A stretch of 64,000 nt of DNA from Geosiphon pyriformis uo1 (Eukaryota; Fungi; Glomeromycota): assembly GCA_016748015.1 (NCBI GenBank), contig JAAOMT010000134.1, positions 3,429-67,428 on the forward strand, in the 5' to 3' direction. A program made the translations under genes and the position numbers. A model generated the notes under the pieces. That model had not been told where the DNA came from. It saw only the letters and a program-made list of their open reading frames with translations, and made no database searches. This document shows, piece by piece, positions 12,613 to 25,600 of the stretch (its first letter is position 1; the number at the start of each line of letters is the position of its first letter).

Positions 12613-13272
12613 TTAATATTGAGTTCCATCAAAATCCAACTCATGTAATTCCCCCTCTTGAAGTATTTCCTGGATTTTGTTTTTGAGAATTACTTGTGTT
12701 ATTTGGGTCTGTAATTCTTCAAATTGAGCATTGGTGATTTTTTCCAATTGATTACTGGTAACCATATCTATTGCTTTGTTGAGCAATATTTCTGGTTTAT
12801 CCTGAAATGCTGTGTGTATTCGGTATATGGCTCGAGCTTGTGTGGATAAGTTGTTCTTTCCCACAAAATGTTCTAATTGTTGTAGTATTCTTTTGTCAAA
12901 TAATCGCTTTGTTTTATCCATATATAGATTCTGGATATTTACGTGTTGTCCCAAGTAAAAATAACAATAGTTTTGTGGAAATTGTTGTATCCACTAATTC
13001 CAAGTTTCTTTAGTCAATTCTTGATATAATGACTCTTTTGTCAATTCTTTTATTGCTAATTTTATTTTCACCATGATTTTGTCCACCATATTTTTAGTTT
13101 TCTTCAGTGTTCTGAGTTGTAATGTCTTTCTAGTATCTTGATATTAAATGGTTTGTTAATTGATTGTAATTTCTATTTTCTGGTGTTGGATTAATTAAAA
13201 GAGTTGTTGTGCTAGTGTGTGAATGTTGTCTGTAATTTCCATTTTTCTGATATTTCCTGTCGCGTCTACCAT
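12613..13272 (-). pseudogene. B ORF3, unknown ~220 aa protein homologous to family A ORF3
   Basis: One frame with point stops: MEITDNIHTLAQQLF...NYCYFYLGQHV...QARAIYRIHTAF...LEKITNAQFEEL. Confidence 0.75.
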
Positions 13273-13296
13273 GTCTTTATATATTTTTTTGATTGA

Positions 13297-14679
13297 TCAA
13301 TTTAATATGTTGTTGTTAATAAGAACAATTGGTTCCAGATCTTGTGGAATCTCCTCTGGTCGGACTAGTATTCTCTGTACTCCTAATTGTGGAATATTAC
13401 TGGTAAATGGTAGTATAATATCACGATATGGCTTCAGTCAATCTCTATGCACTGCTTTGGTTAAAATTTTGTTATCCAATCTTAATTTGTAAGCTTCATT
13501 TTCTAGAATTTCTTCTATGTGAAATGGTCCGTCCCATTTGGGGTCAAATTTTCCACTCCACTGTTTTTCTACTTTGGTACGATGTAGTAATACTTTGTCT
13601 CCAATCTTGAATTCAACTGGTTTGTCTAGTAGTTGACTATTATGTCTTTTTTTCTGTTTTTTTTGTGACTTTTGAATATTATTAGCTGCTTTTTTTCGTT
13701 TGTTTTCCAATGTTTTTATTAAGTCATATGTTCTTCTTAGCAATGTTTCTTGAAAATTTTCTTCTGTTATTGGTTCAGCTGGATATGTATTAATTTTTCT
13801 CTCTACTGGTAACATTGCTGTTCTCCTATATACTAATTCAAATGGTGTTGTTTGTGTAGTATCTTGTTTCATTGTCCGATAAGCAAATAGTACTGATGAT
13901 ATGAACAAATCCCAATTGTTCTGGTTTTTTTGGCTGAGCTTAGCTATTGCTTCACACAGTATTCTATTGAATCTTTCTACTAATCCGTTGGTTTGTGGAT
14001 GGTATGGTAATGATAATGATCTCTTGATTCCAAATCTTTGGCTCAATTCTGTTAATGTTCTGTTCACAAAATGAGTTCTTTGGTCTGATAATAATTTTTT
14101 TGGACATCCATGTCAACAAATCAAATCCTGATGAACAAATTTGGCAACGGATTCTGCATCTGCTCTTTGAATTGCTTTTGCCTCTGGCCATTTAGTGAGA
14201 TAGTCCATGGCTACTACTATGTATCTGTTTCCTCTGCTGGTAATTGTTAATGGTCTGACTAAATCAATTCCAATACGGTCAAATGGTTGTCCCACTTTGA
14301 TTGGTCTTAATGGTTTACTGGGTCTTGTTCCTCCTTTTTGCTGACAAGCATCACAATTTTGAACATATTGAATGATGTCTGGGTACATTGATGGCCAATA
14401 GTATCTCTTTCTGGTTCTTTCCATGGTTGCTTCTTTGTGAAAATGTCCTGCTGTTGGATTTGAATGCATGTTGAATAATATTGTCTCTTTTTCTGGCTCC
14501 GTAATTACTCTGGTTGGTTGATCTGGATCCTTTCTATTTTTTTGATAAAGTATATTTTGGTGAGTGATAAAATATTTTGATTGTTGTTTGATACTTTTTT
14601 GTTTTGTTTGAGATAAATTCTCCTTGAACTGTTGAGTGTTTATATAATGTTGCAATTGTTGATATTTTTGTATGTTCAT
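13297..14679 (-). pseudogene. B ORF2, stand-alone integrase
   Basis: MNIQKYQQLQHY; HSNPTAGH...CDAC; IGIDLV; YHPQTNGLVERFNR; KWDGPFHI. Confidence 0.9.
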
Positions 14680-14740
14680 CTTTTGTTGTATTTTTCATTG
14701 CTATTGTTCTGGTTTTGTTATATTTTGGGTTGAAATGTTC

Positions 14741-17700
14741 TTAGATTTGTCTCATTCATGATAAACCGTCCATATTTCCATTGTCTTTTCCTTTTTTATA
14801 ATATATAGTATACTTATATGGTGCGAGTGCCATTTTCCATCTTAACTGTCTTCCATCTCCAAATTTTTGTTTTTAAAGTGATGTTAATCCTTTGTTATCT
14901 GTGTACACTTCAAACTTCTGGCTCAAATATTCTTTCCATTTCATAACTGACTAGTATATTGCTAAGTGTTCTTTTTCCAGTGTTCCATAGTTCTTTTTGG
15001 CTGGTATTAAATCTCTGCTGGCATATGCCACTGGATGTTCTTTGCTATCTGATTCTCTCTAAGATAGTACTGCTTCTAATGCCTGGCCTGATGCATCCAT
15101 GGTAATGATGAATGGTTTGCTGTAATCTGAATAGATCAGTACTGGAGCTTGTATAAGCTTTCTTTTTAGAATATCAAAAGCTTCTTGTTGACTTTCAGTC
15201 CATTCATATTTTGTATCTTTGTTTTGCAGTTGGTTAAGTGGCTGTGCTATCTTGGAAAAGTTCTTAATAAAACATTGATAGTAGCTGGCAAATCCCAAGA
15301 ATGATTTCAGTTCTGTTATATTGGTCAGCACTGGAAAGTTTTTTACTATCTCTATTTTCTCTGGATCCGTTTTGATGCCATCTTTGCTGACTATGTGTCC
15401 CAAGAATTTTAGTTCTATCTTGCCGAAGAAGCACTTTGTTGCATTTAACTTTAGTCCTGTTCTTCTTAGTCTTTTGAACACTTGTTGAAGATGATGAAGA
15501 TGATCATCAAACATTTTTGAGAATACATTGGTGTTGTCTAAGTATACAATTACTGATTTCCACAATAAACCAGTATAAACAATTTTCATTAGCCGCTGGA
15601 AAGTTGCTGGGGCATTGGTTAAGCCAAATAGCATTACTTCAAATTCGAAATTCCCTTCTCTAGTAGTAAATGCCATCTTCTCTTTGTCAGCTGAATTCAT
15701 GGTTACTTGCCAGTAACCACAGTCCAAATCTAATGTTAAGAACTATTTGTTCCCACCGAAAGCATCAAATAATTCCTGTATTCGTGGAGTTGGATAACTG
15801 TCTCCTCAAGTTATACCATTGAGTTTCCTGTAGTCTACACAAAACCGGATTTTTCCATTCTTCTTATGGACGAGTACCACTGGTGATGACCATAGGCTCA
15901 TTGATGATTGAATTAGCCCATTGTTAAACATTCTGTTTATCTCTTGATGAATGATCTCATGGCTGGCTGGCGGCATTCTATATGCTCTTTGTTTGATTGG
16001 CATTGCATCTCCAGTCTTGATCTGATGCTGGATGATGTCAGTTCAGCCAAACTCATTTTCGCTGGCAAAGATATTGTTGAAATTGTTGAGTAATATCTTA
16101 AGCTGCATATATTGGAGTGGATCTAAGTTTCCCATGTTCATTTGTTCCAATTGTTCTGGTTGGAGCAAATAACATTCGTCTCGTCCATAGATTGGTTGTA
16201 ATGTAATGTCAACATATTCACAAAGTTGTGAAAAGTCTGGAATGGGGTTGGGTGGTTGGTCTTCTATTTCTGTGGTTAAATATCCGATGGTGGTTTCTTC
16301 TGGTATGTTAATGACATTGCCAGTGTTGTTGTAGATGGAAATTTTTATGCTGCTATAGCTTTTGGCTTGTATGTGGAGATTGATCAACCCAATTTCTCCT
16401 GATTCACAAAGGTTTGCTTTAGCTTCAAAAATTTGTCCTTGCTCCTTTTCTTTCTTTCCTATTGCTAACATGTACTGGCTATATGGTAGAATAGAAATAG
16501 CTTGACCAGTTGAGATAATTTCTTCTTGGCCAACAATTTCTTCCTCTGCCATATTGACTGGTACATCTATTCTACTCGTTAATCCAAATCTTTGTATTCC
16601 TCTCACTGTTATTCCTAATTCCTCCCTCTTTCCCACTGACATTAACTGAGCTACTCTAACCAGAGGCAGGAATATTGCCTGTGCTATCTTTTTGTTGGGC
16701 TCTATTATATAGGCCTTTTCGGAGTCATTTTGTAGCATGACAATGATATTTCCCATGTATCTCGCGTCTATTATTCCTCTTTTTATATTGATCCTTTTTT
16801 TTGCTAAACTACTTCTAGATGCTAATTGAACCATTGTTGTTGCTGGAATTTCTAGTGCTATTTTCAGATCAATGCAGGTGCGTGAATGTGGTTCCAATTT
16901 GATGGCCTCTTTTTCTGGATATCTCAGATCAAACTCTGCATCCGTATTATGCACACATTCTGGCATAATACCTTCCCCATTGTTACTATATCATTTCAAC
17001 TCTTGTTCCTTGGAAAGATCTAGTAATGCAATGTATTGTTCATAGTTTAAATTGGAGTTTGAATCTGAGTTGGAATCAATATTGTTGTTGTCGCCATATT
17101 GAACGGAGCTGGGACTGGTGTTTTCATTGTCATCATTGTCAGAGTTTGAATTGGGATTGAAAATTGATTCCGATTCTAATGCATATCTGCTGATTGGTTT
17201 TTCCTTTTCAAGGATTGTATAGATCATGCATAGTGGTGGATTGTAAATGAGGTCACACTTATCACAATACTGAAAGTCACAGGAAATTAGGCAGTGTTGA
17301 CATAGTTGAGCATTTAACTGCTCTAACCATTGTTCTTGTTCTTCTCTTGTGGGTGCTAATTTTTGGTAGTGTTCGTAGAATTGTTCCGGATCCAGGAGAT
17401 TTATGATGAGTTCTGCATCCCAGTCAAGTTCTAAAGATTCTGGGGGGTTGTCTTTGATTGTTTTTATTTCCTCAGGTGATGCCTCTTCAATTTTGGCAAG
17501 TGCCATTCGCCAAATCTTGTTGTTGTCATGGGGACAACTGTCCAGTCGCTGTACAGCTCTTCTCTAGGCTGCTTTTATTGGGGTTCCTTTCCTTACCCAG
17601 TTGCTTATTAGAATCGTGTATTGACATGATACGTCGTATGTTCTTCTATGTTCTAGGATGTTGTTCCACATCTTTTCATCCAGAAGAGTTTCTCTACAGG

Positions 17701-20700
17701 CTATACATGGCATATTATCCCATTTTTCCATTCATTTTGGTCTTTCAAAACATTTGATATGACATGCGCAGCAATAGAACTTGGTTGCCATCTGATATTT
17801 TTCATCGTCACCACAGCATGCACCCATTGATGACAATTTCTTGCCGCAATCAATGCATATCAGTTTGGGTCAGCAATAGGTTGATGGTTGTTGTTGACTG
17901 TAGGTGTATGGGATATAAACATTGTTGGCTTGAGTGTTTTTTTCCTCTCTCTCTTTCCCTTTTTCTTTTTTTTCTTTGTTTTCTTCCCATTTCCAGCTTA
18001 AAGTTGGTTCGCTCTCATCGTTGTTGGTCCAGGTCAAGTCATCAGTTTCCCAGGTAAGTTCTTCCTTTTGTTTCTCTTTTTCATTGTCATTGTCATTCCA
18101 GGGGAGTATTGGTGGCAGTTTGTTGTGCTCTTCATTAGTCCACGACACTTGGTAGGCTTCCCAGGTAGGTTTTTCTTTCTCCTCCTCTAGTTCAATTAAT
18201 AGTTTCTCTCTTGGAGGAGTCTTGAAGTGGCCACACGTGGCTGGTACACGTATGTGTTGGCCTTAATGTGTTAGTTGAAGTTCCTGAGTGTTCCAGTCTA
18301 ACATCGTGTTGACTTTGAATAGCCAGTCATTACCAACAAGAGCTTGGTATTGAGTGGCTTCCATTACTAGAACTTTAATGGGAGTCACGATGTCATTGAT
18401 TTTGAAAGGAAAGTCATCGATTTCACTGATTGGAGTTTTGGTCACTCCATCAGCTGTGATGATTTTGGCACTGGCAGTTTAATCAACTCGGCAACCTAAT
18501 TGGTCCATGAGTTGCCATGTGATAATACTGCCTACTGAACCACTGTCAAGAATAAATTTGATGGATTGTCCCTCGACTTTGGCATCAGTGTACATTGTGG
18601 TAATTGGTTTGGCTTCAAGAGCGGCTTCACTAAATAATAGCATTGCAGCTGTTTCCTTGAATTCAAATGAGAAGATAGCAGCCAAGGACTTGTTTTCGGT
18701 GATAATAGCAGGTGGAATATTACTGGTGAGTGGTTGTTTTTGGGTAAATGCCAAGTTATTGGTTGAGGCGTCTTCTGGGGTGACCAAGAGACTTAAATAG
18801 TTCTGGGAATTCGGGCTCTGGGTTTGACCAGTACCCGAATTCCACTGGCGTAATCCAGATGATTGCTGTGAAAAACTGGAGATTAGTTGATGGACTATTA
18901 TTGCCAATCTCCAGCTCTGTTGAGTCATTCTCGGTCTTTGGGTTCTATTGGATGGTAAGCTTTGGGGTGGTGTTTGGATTTGGGGTTGATAGATTATTTG
19001 TGGCTGCAGTTGTAGATAAATCACTTGTGGCTGTGGTTGATAGATTAAAGCTTGGTATACCAGAGACTAATAGATGGATGACTGCATCACTGGTAGATAA
19101 GTGGATTGGTTTTGATTTGGGTACTGATTTGGAGTTTAGAACAGACAATTGGGGTTTTGATATTGATTTCTTGATCATTGGTTATTTAAACGCTGATGAC
19201 AGTCAATTTGGATGTGTTTTTGTTTACCACAATAGTAGCAGATACACATTTCTTGTTGCCACCATTAATTGGTTGATAAAGATGGCCGTGGCTAATTTTG
19301 GGCATGATTAAAGTTTCCTTGATTATTGCGTCATTGTGGAGGCTGATAAATGGCATGATTGTCAGCTAAGTATCTTTCCAATCTCTTATTAATTGATTCA
19401 CTGAATTTCTCCAATTTGGAATCCAATTCAGATGATCCGTTTATTATTAGATTAACAGCTTGGGTGTGGTTAGCCTCTGACTCAGCGGATTCAAAATCTC
19501 TGGCATGTGTAACTGCATTTTGAAGGGTACCTAGATGCAACGGACGTACATGTTGCAAGATGCTGCTGTGCAGGCCACAGATAAACTGATTGAGTATCTG
19601 TGGTGCTGTGAAATAGTTGGCATCAATTGCTTGAATTTGGTGTAGGTTTCAATGGAAGCGTCCCAGGTAAGTAGTAACTGCTTCAGTTTCTCCTTGTTTC
19701 ATGGTGGTGAATGCATTGACTAGGCAATTGATGCTGTTATTGTTGCTGAAGTATCTTAGGAATTTCGCTTTGAAGTCATTAAAATCTTGTGGTTTATTAA
19801 TCAAGCTCTGGTACCATAAATTGGCAGTGTCCTTGAGAAAGTAGGGAATGGCTTACATTGCTCAAGCATCATTTCATCTGTTGGCTGCGATGGCCTTTTC
19901 TATATCATTCAACCATACTTGAGCATTATCCTCTTTGCCAGTAAAGTTGTCAAGTTTTGCGATTGGTGCGTAGGCCATTGGATTTAAGTTAGGTGGTTGT
20001 GGTGGCTGTTGAAGCAGTTGTTGTTGTACTGGTTGTTGGGGTGGTAGTTGAAGTGGCTGCTGTATGAGTTCGGCTATGAAATTAATTGGTGGTTGACTGA
20101 TGACAATTACTGGAGGTAAGTTTTGTTGATTAATTAATTCAGAGTTTGGATTGTTTTGCCTTTGATGATTCGGAGTTTTGATTTCTGAATTTTCTAGATC
20201 TGGATTTTGCTGAGTTTGAAAATTCAGGGTTTCAACTTCCCAGTTTTCAGTGATCGGGCACTGGTAAGTGAATTCTTGATCTTCTGATTCTTTTTCCTCT
20301 TTTTCTGATTCTGCTGCTTCCCACGGATCAGAGATTCCAAAATCTGGTGGAAGCAGTGGTAATCAAAGTCCTGATGGAGTTGATGATCGCGAATTAAATC
20401 CCTCAAAGTATTCGCCATATGGTCCTAACAATTCTGTTTTTCTTTGTCTACTTTGGAATGGGAATCATCCAAATGCTAATGTCACAGTTGATAAGAATGC
20501 ATCTGTTGATAATATGTTGATGGTGCTTCTAGGTGTATAGTAGTAGAATGGGTTGCCTGGGGATTCAACTCTGTTTTTCTTCCAAGCAGGTGGCTGTATT
20601 TTTCTGGGTGTTACTGCTGGTGTTTGTAATTTTCTCTTGCCTTTACTAGTGTATGTAATTGGATATCTTTGTTGAGTGTGATGTTCAATTTCTTTGTTGA

Positions 20701-20959
20701 TCTTAATGATGATAGATACAAAATTATGATTTGTTAGTAGATTGGTGTTTTGAATTAATTTTTTATAGAAAGTTTCTCTTGCTGATTCAGTATTCACTGG
20801 TGTTCCTAATAAAGAGAAAATCTTTTCATTGACATAGAAATTAAAGGCTGATTTGGCAGATATATAATTGTAGTTTAATTCCAAGTATTGACAATAGTGT
20901 TGAAATAAGAATTTTGCGAATCCTAAATAGTTTGCTCTTATATTTTCTGATTCTGCCAC
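14741..20959 (-). pseudogene. B ORF1: single-frame Gag-PR-Cys-rich-dUTPase-RT-RNase H (~2070 codons)
   Basis: ORF pieces starting at 20959, 19558, 19024, 18445, 18148, 17506, 16966, 16003 and 15727 share one frame; ILDSGS, RFCVDYRKLN, VYLDNT, TMDASG; ends MRQI*. Confidence 0.9.
16570..16966 (-). pseudogene. dut: dUTPase domain within B ORF1
   Basis: DAEFDLRY, ASRSSLAKK, GIIDARYMG, KIAQAIF, VRGIQRFGLT. Confidence 0.9.
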
Positions 20960-21002
20960 TTTTGGTTTGGTGTTGTCGGTGCTGGTTCTCTGTAAGATTA
21001 TA

Positions 21003-21019
21003 TCTCACAGAGAGCACCA
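21003..21019 (-). promoter_or_regulatory. B PBS TGGTGCTCTCTGTGAGA, probably for elongator tRNA-Met
   Basis: Adjacent to the 5' LTR; complement ...CTCACAGAGAGCACCA. Confidence 0.8.
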
Positions 21020-21021
21020 AA

Positions 21022-21836
21022 TGTTACAGGTGATTATTTTTGCTGTTGAATTAAATAACAACCCATAACTTGGTGCTCAAAAGCTACTTCCATGGATGAG
21101 GTTCTGCAAAATGTTGTATCTGAAGGTTTTTATAGAGTCCTTTGTATAATGGACAGAGATTCAATAGTGTCAATAGTAAGTGTATCTTTCCAAAAGTTTT
21201 CCCAATTTCTTTCTCAGCATGGTGGCCGGATTTAGTCTGACAGTCGTGCCCTTCTGGTAAGCTATTCAATAATATATATAAAATCCTACCCTTATTTCTG
21301 GGTCTTTTACCAGACTATCCTTGATGTTAATAATTCAGTGCTTAATCCTTTTTTTAATTAGTATACACAACAATCAAATCAAATAAAATAAAGAAAAGAA
21401 ATAAAAAAAAATAAAGAAAGAAAATAAATAAGCCTGGGCAGTTCGGCAGATTAGTATTCTGTTAATAGCCGTGATTAAGAGCTATTGTTCCAGTGTGGTT
21501 AAGTATTAATTACTATCAACATGAAGTGTTGATAGTGGAGAGTGGATTGAGATGTGGAATAATTATTTATTTAATGATTTTGTTTCTTGGCTAAGTATTC
21601 TGTGATATTGATTCTGTCTTTTCTGTTTCTAACACTACTACTATATATACATAATTGAGATTCCTCAATTCCTTGATTTTTCACAACAGGAATCCTGCAA
21701 TTTCTTGTCAAAGAATCCTGAAATTCCTGGAATCCTGCAATTCCTGAGAGGAATCCTGGAATTCCACATTTACTATGCTTACTTCTGATTGACTAATAAG
21801 TATGCTAATATATTTCCTATATTTCTATGAATAACA
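21022..21836 (-). repeat. B 5' LTR (815 bp)
   Basis: Matches 11729-12599. Confidence 0.95.
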
Positions 21837-21840
21837 ATGT

Positions 21841-22609
21841 CAACTCTTTCCCAGGAATTGCTCGTTTGGAAGCTCACTAAAAATGTGTAGTTACTTTGCT
21901 GTGAAAGTCAACTTTTCTATAGGAATCTCGTCTGTAGGCTACCCTAATGATTGTAAAAAAAAATAAAATAAAATAAAAGAAATGTAAAAGAAATAGGATT
22001 TTATTAAGGAAAACATTTTCTATCCAGGCCTGGAGTCACTAACAGTTTACTGAAATTGATAGCTAATTAATTTCGAAATGTTAGTTGGGTTTTGGAGATT
22101 TTTCAAGTACAATAATTAAAAAAATTTGGTTTTTCGAATTATTTGATATTTATTTCTTTTTGTGTGTATAGGAACAGTTTTAAGAGATAAATCTAAAGTA
22201 AAATACATTTTCTCAAAGAGAGAAGCTCTTCTTTTATACAACTTGTTGTAACACTATTCTATGAACTTGAACTTTGCTATTTTCTATAATTTTGCTAAAC
22301 TAAAAATACATTTTGGCGAACTACAAGTTATTTCTGCAAGCTATTAGATATTTTGGTAAACTATTAATTATTTTGGCAAATTCCTACAAATTTTGGTGAA
22401 CTTTTTGAATGTTACATAGTTCGGAGTATTGCATGATTAATCATCACAATTAGGTTATATTTGTGTTATGTACAAATTGGGTTATTAATTAAATGATAAT
22501 TTCGGATATTTTGCTAATGTAATAAGTAATAATTTGAAATGCTAATTAATAATAAAAATTATAAAGATAATTTCATGCTAAGCAATATCTCTAATTTTGT
22601 CTGGTAACA
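21841..22609 (-). repeat. A2 5' LTR, U3/R part
   Basis: Matches 2864-3632; ends CTGGTAACA. Confidence 0.9.
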
Positions 22610-22613
22610 ATGG

Positions 22614-25600
22614 CTTGATAAAGTACAGAAAGCAGGAGATGCAAATGATTAGAATGCAGCAAGAATGCTCAAAGCAATTCCATATTTTCTCCAAGACACT
22701 GCAAAAGAATGGTTTGAAAACTTAGAAGAATCATTTGAAAACTGGTAAGCATTCAAAGATGCTTTCTTACAACAATTTACTAACAACAATATCTTTATCA
22801 CTCTCTGCAATCACTTTCACAATATTAAACAAGAGACATCTGAAACTGTTATAACCTATCTTAAAAAATTTAATAAACTTCTTCAATGAATTCAACAATT
22901 GGAAACCAATGATTACTATTCCAATGCTCAGATTCTGGATCAGTTTATAGCAGGATTAAAAGACAAATTGATAAAAAAAGTTTATCCACATGTACCAGCA
23001 GACTTAACAACTGCCATTAGACATGCAAAAAACTATGAAATAACAATGGAAGAAGCAAACCACATCAAACTTGTCAACCTGGCTATTGGAAAAACCAGCT
23101 CAGCAGCTGAAAAAAAGATAGACCAACTCACAAAAAAGGTTGAAAGCTACTTTACAAATCAACAACAACAGCAGCAACCACCACAAAGATATCAACCTCC
23201 ACAACAATGCAATCAAAATGGCTTTGGATTACTATCTAACAACCAATCTCAAAATTGTTATTATTGTGGAATTCCAAGACACTGGAAACAAGATTGCAGA
23301 AAATTGCAAAGAGACCAACAAAACAGGAGTAATCAATATTACCCTTTACTACAACAATCTTATTACCAACTTCTACCACCAACTCATTATTCACCAAGAC
23401 CACAAAATTAAAACAATTACTATCAGCCAGCTCCACAACTAATGCAGCAACAATATCAGCAATCTTTATCAATTTAGCAATATCAACCACTTACTCCACA
23501 ATATCAAGTACCAGCCAGAAGACTGGTATAACAAAACTAATTCACACCACAAAACCGTTTTTTAACAAACAACAACAGAATCAATTTAAATAACCAGTTG
23601 GTTCTCCAGAATTCTGGTCAGCAAAGACCCAATCACTATTACACTCAGCCCAGTTATTTAACAATGCAAAAAGAATCGGATTTTCAACAACCTGCACTTT
23701 CTGAAAGTGAAGTTATAGCACCAAGATCAGACCCTTCCAACAACACCATTTCACCAGCCCAAATTGCCCAAAATGTTAACCTTTCAGATATATTCCCATT
23801 CGAATTTGAAGCAAATAAATCACCATTCTTGCTTAGTAATGCAGCAGCTATGAACAAAAAGCTATTACTGTCATGTACATTGAAGCCACAGTAAAGAGAA
23901 AACTTATTCGATTAATTCTAGACAGTGGATTAACTAGAAGTATCATCACATACCAATTAATGCAACAACTTGATTGAAATGTTGACAGACCAGCCCAAAC
24001 AGTAATTGTGACAGCAGATAATATAAAAAAGACACCAGTAGAAAAAATTAACAACTTCCCATTCACCATTGATGAAATCACCATTCCAGTTAAAGTTTTA
24101 GTTATGGATACACCCTAATACTAAGTTCTTGTTGAAAATGATTGGCTTCTTAAGGCCAATATAAACTTAGACTGGGAAACTCAGGAATTAAAAATCTCAT
24201 ACCAAAGACAATACACTATAATACCTGCTACTTGTAAAACTTTCAACAAATAATCAGAAAAAGCCTCAGTGTTTGAATTTGAAGAGGAAAAAAAAATGCC
24301 ATTCACTAAAACCTACATGGCTTTTGGATTAACATCCAATTGAGCTAAGAAAACAGAACAAGAGATTTTTAAAGAATCAAGAAGATAGAAAAAAGTTAGA
24401 TATTTTACACCTGAACCATGAAAAAAACCACAATACATTTCACTAAAATACAAAGATTGCAAAAAGAAGCTTTTATCTATGGGAGCCTGTATTTCTCCAG
24501 AAGAGGAATACAAAACTTGCACTTGCTACTTCTGCAAAACATGCCATAGAGAATGATTTGGATCCTCAAAAAAAAGTAGAAAATGGGACAACACACCTTG
24601 TTTTACATGTGGAGATATGCTATCAGAAGAATGCAATTGGATTGATATTGCAATGAGAGGAGGGGTATGTGATCAAACCTGTCAATATGTCCTATCAATT
24701 TCGGAAAAAGTCAGAAGAGAAACACTATTTGATGCAACATACAACAATGCTCTCAATAAACTCTACTACTATCCTTATGATGCTAAAATAATTTTTGATT
24801 TGGCAATGACATTAATCAATAGAGCCACCCAAAAAGATGTCTGCCAAATAAAAGAAGCTGAATATATTGAGTATACAATAAAATTAGCTGGATTCAACTA
24901 TGAAGATAAAGTGGAAACATACCACCAAATTACAAGCTACACTTATCCAATCCAAGAAGCTCAAATTTAATGATTAGAGCAAATGAATATTCAATTGTGT
25001 AAAAAATGCATCATGTCTTGTAATAACAAATAGTGTTCAGAATGCTATGTTCTTAGCATTCCTCTGCTCAGTGAAAATAACCAGGAAGAAATCGAATTTG
25101 GGAAACCAGAAACAAAGAATAAAACCACAACAACACCAATCTATTTTACTGAAAACCAGCCTATTATACAACTCAAATACTTTGACAACAATGGGCAAGG
25201 AATAAAACCAGAAAAAGCTCACGAAATTGATGCAGAATATGACTTCAGATATCTTGACAAAGATACTTTAGTTCTTCAACCAAAGTTCTTAACAAAAATC
25301 GACCTCAAAATTGCCCTTGAAATTTCATCTGGAACAATAGTTCAAATTGCATCCAGATTATCATTGGCAAGCAAAGGAATTAACATTAAAGAAGGAGTTA
25401 TAGATGCAGGATATACTGAAGACATTACTATCATGTTGCAGAATGAAACAGACAAACTATTCAGGATTGAACATGTTGAAAAAATTGTCCAAGCAATTTA
25501 CCTACTCTTAATCAACATTTCAGGTTTACAATCAGTTAACAACAGAAAACAATTGGGAAAAAGTGAAAGAAAAATGCAAGGTTTTGGTTCAACTGGATGA

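Larger units (their letters stand above)
11729..21836 (-). mobile_element. Ty3/Gypsy LTR retrotransposon B (family B), uninterrupted 10.1-kb structure
   Basis: LTRs 11729-12599 and 21022-21836; TSD ACGT (11725-11728) / ATGT (21837-21840); PBS ~21003-21019; PPT AAAAAGAGGGAATAA 12600-12614. Confidence 0.95.
2672..22609 (-). mobile_element. Ty3/Gypsy LTR retrotransposon A2 (family A), full length; its 5' LTR is split by B
   Basis: LTRs 2672-3632 and 11537-11728 + 21841-22609; TSD ATGG at 2668-2671 and 22610-22613. Confidence 0.95.

Noticed and set aside
18945-19178. S/T-rich mucin-like ORF overlapping gag
   Set aside because: Alternative frame of the IYQPQ low-complexity Gag region
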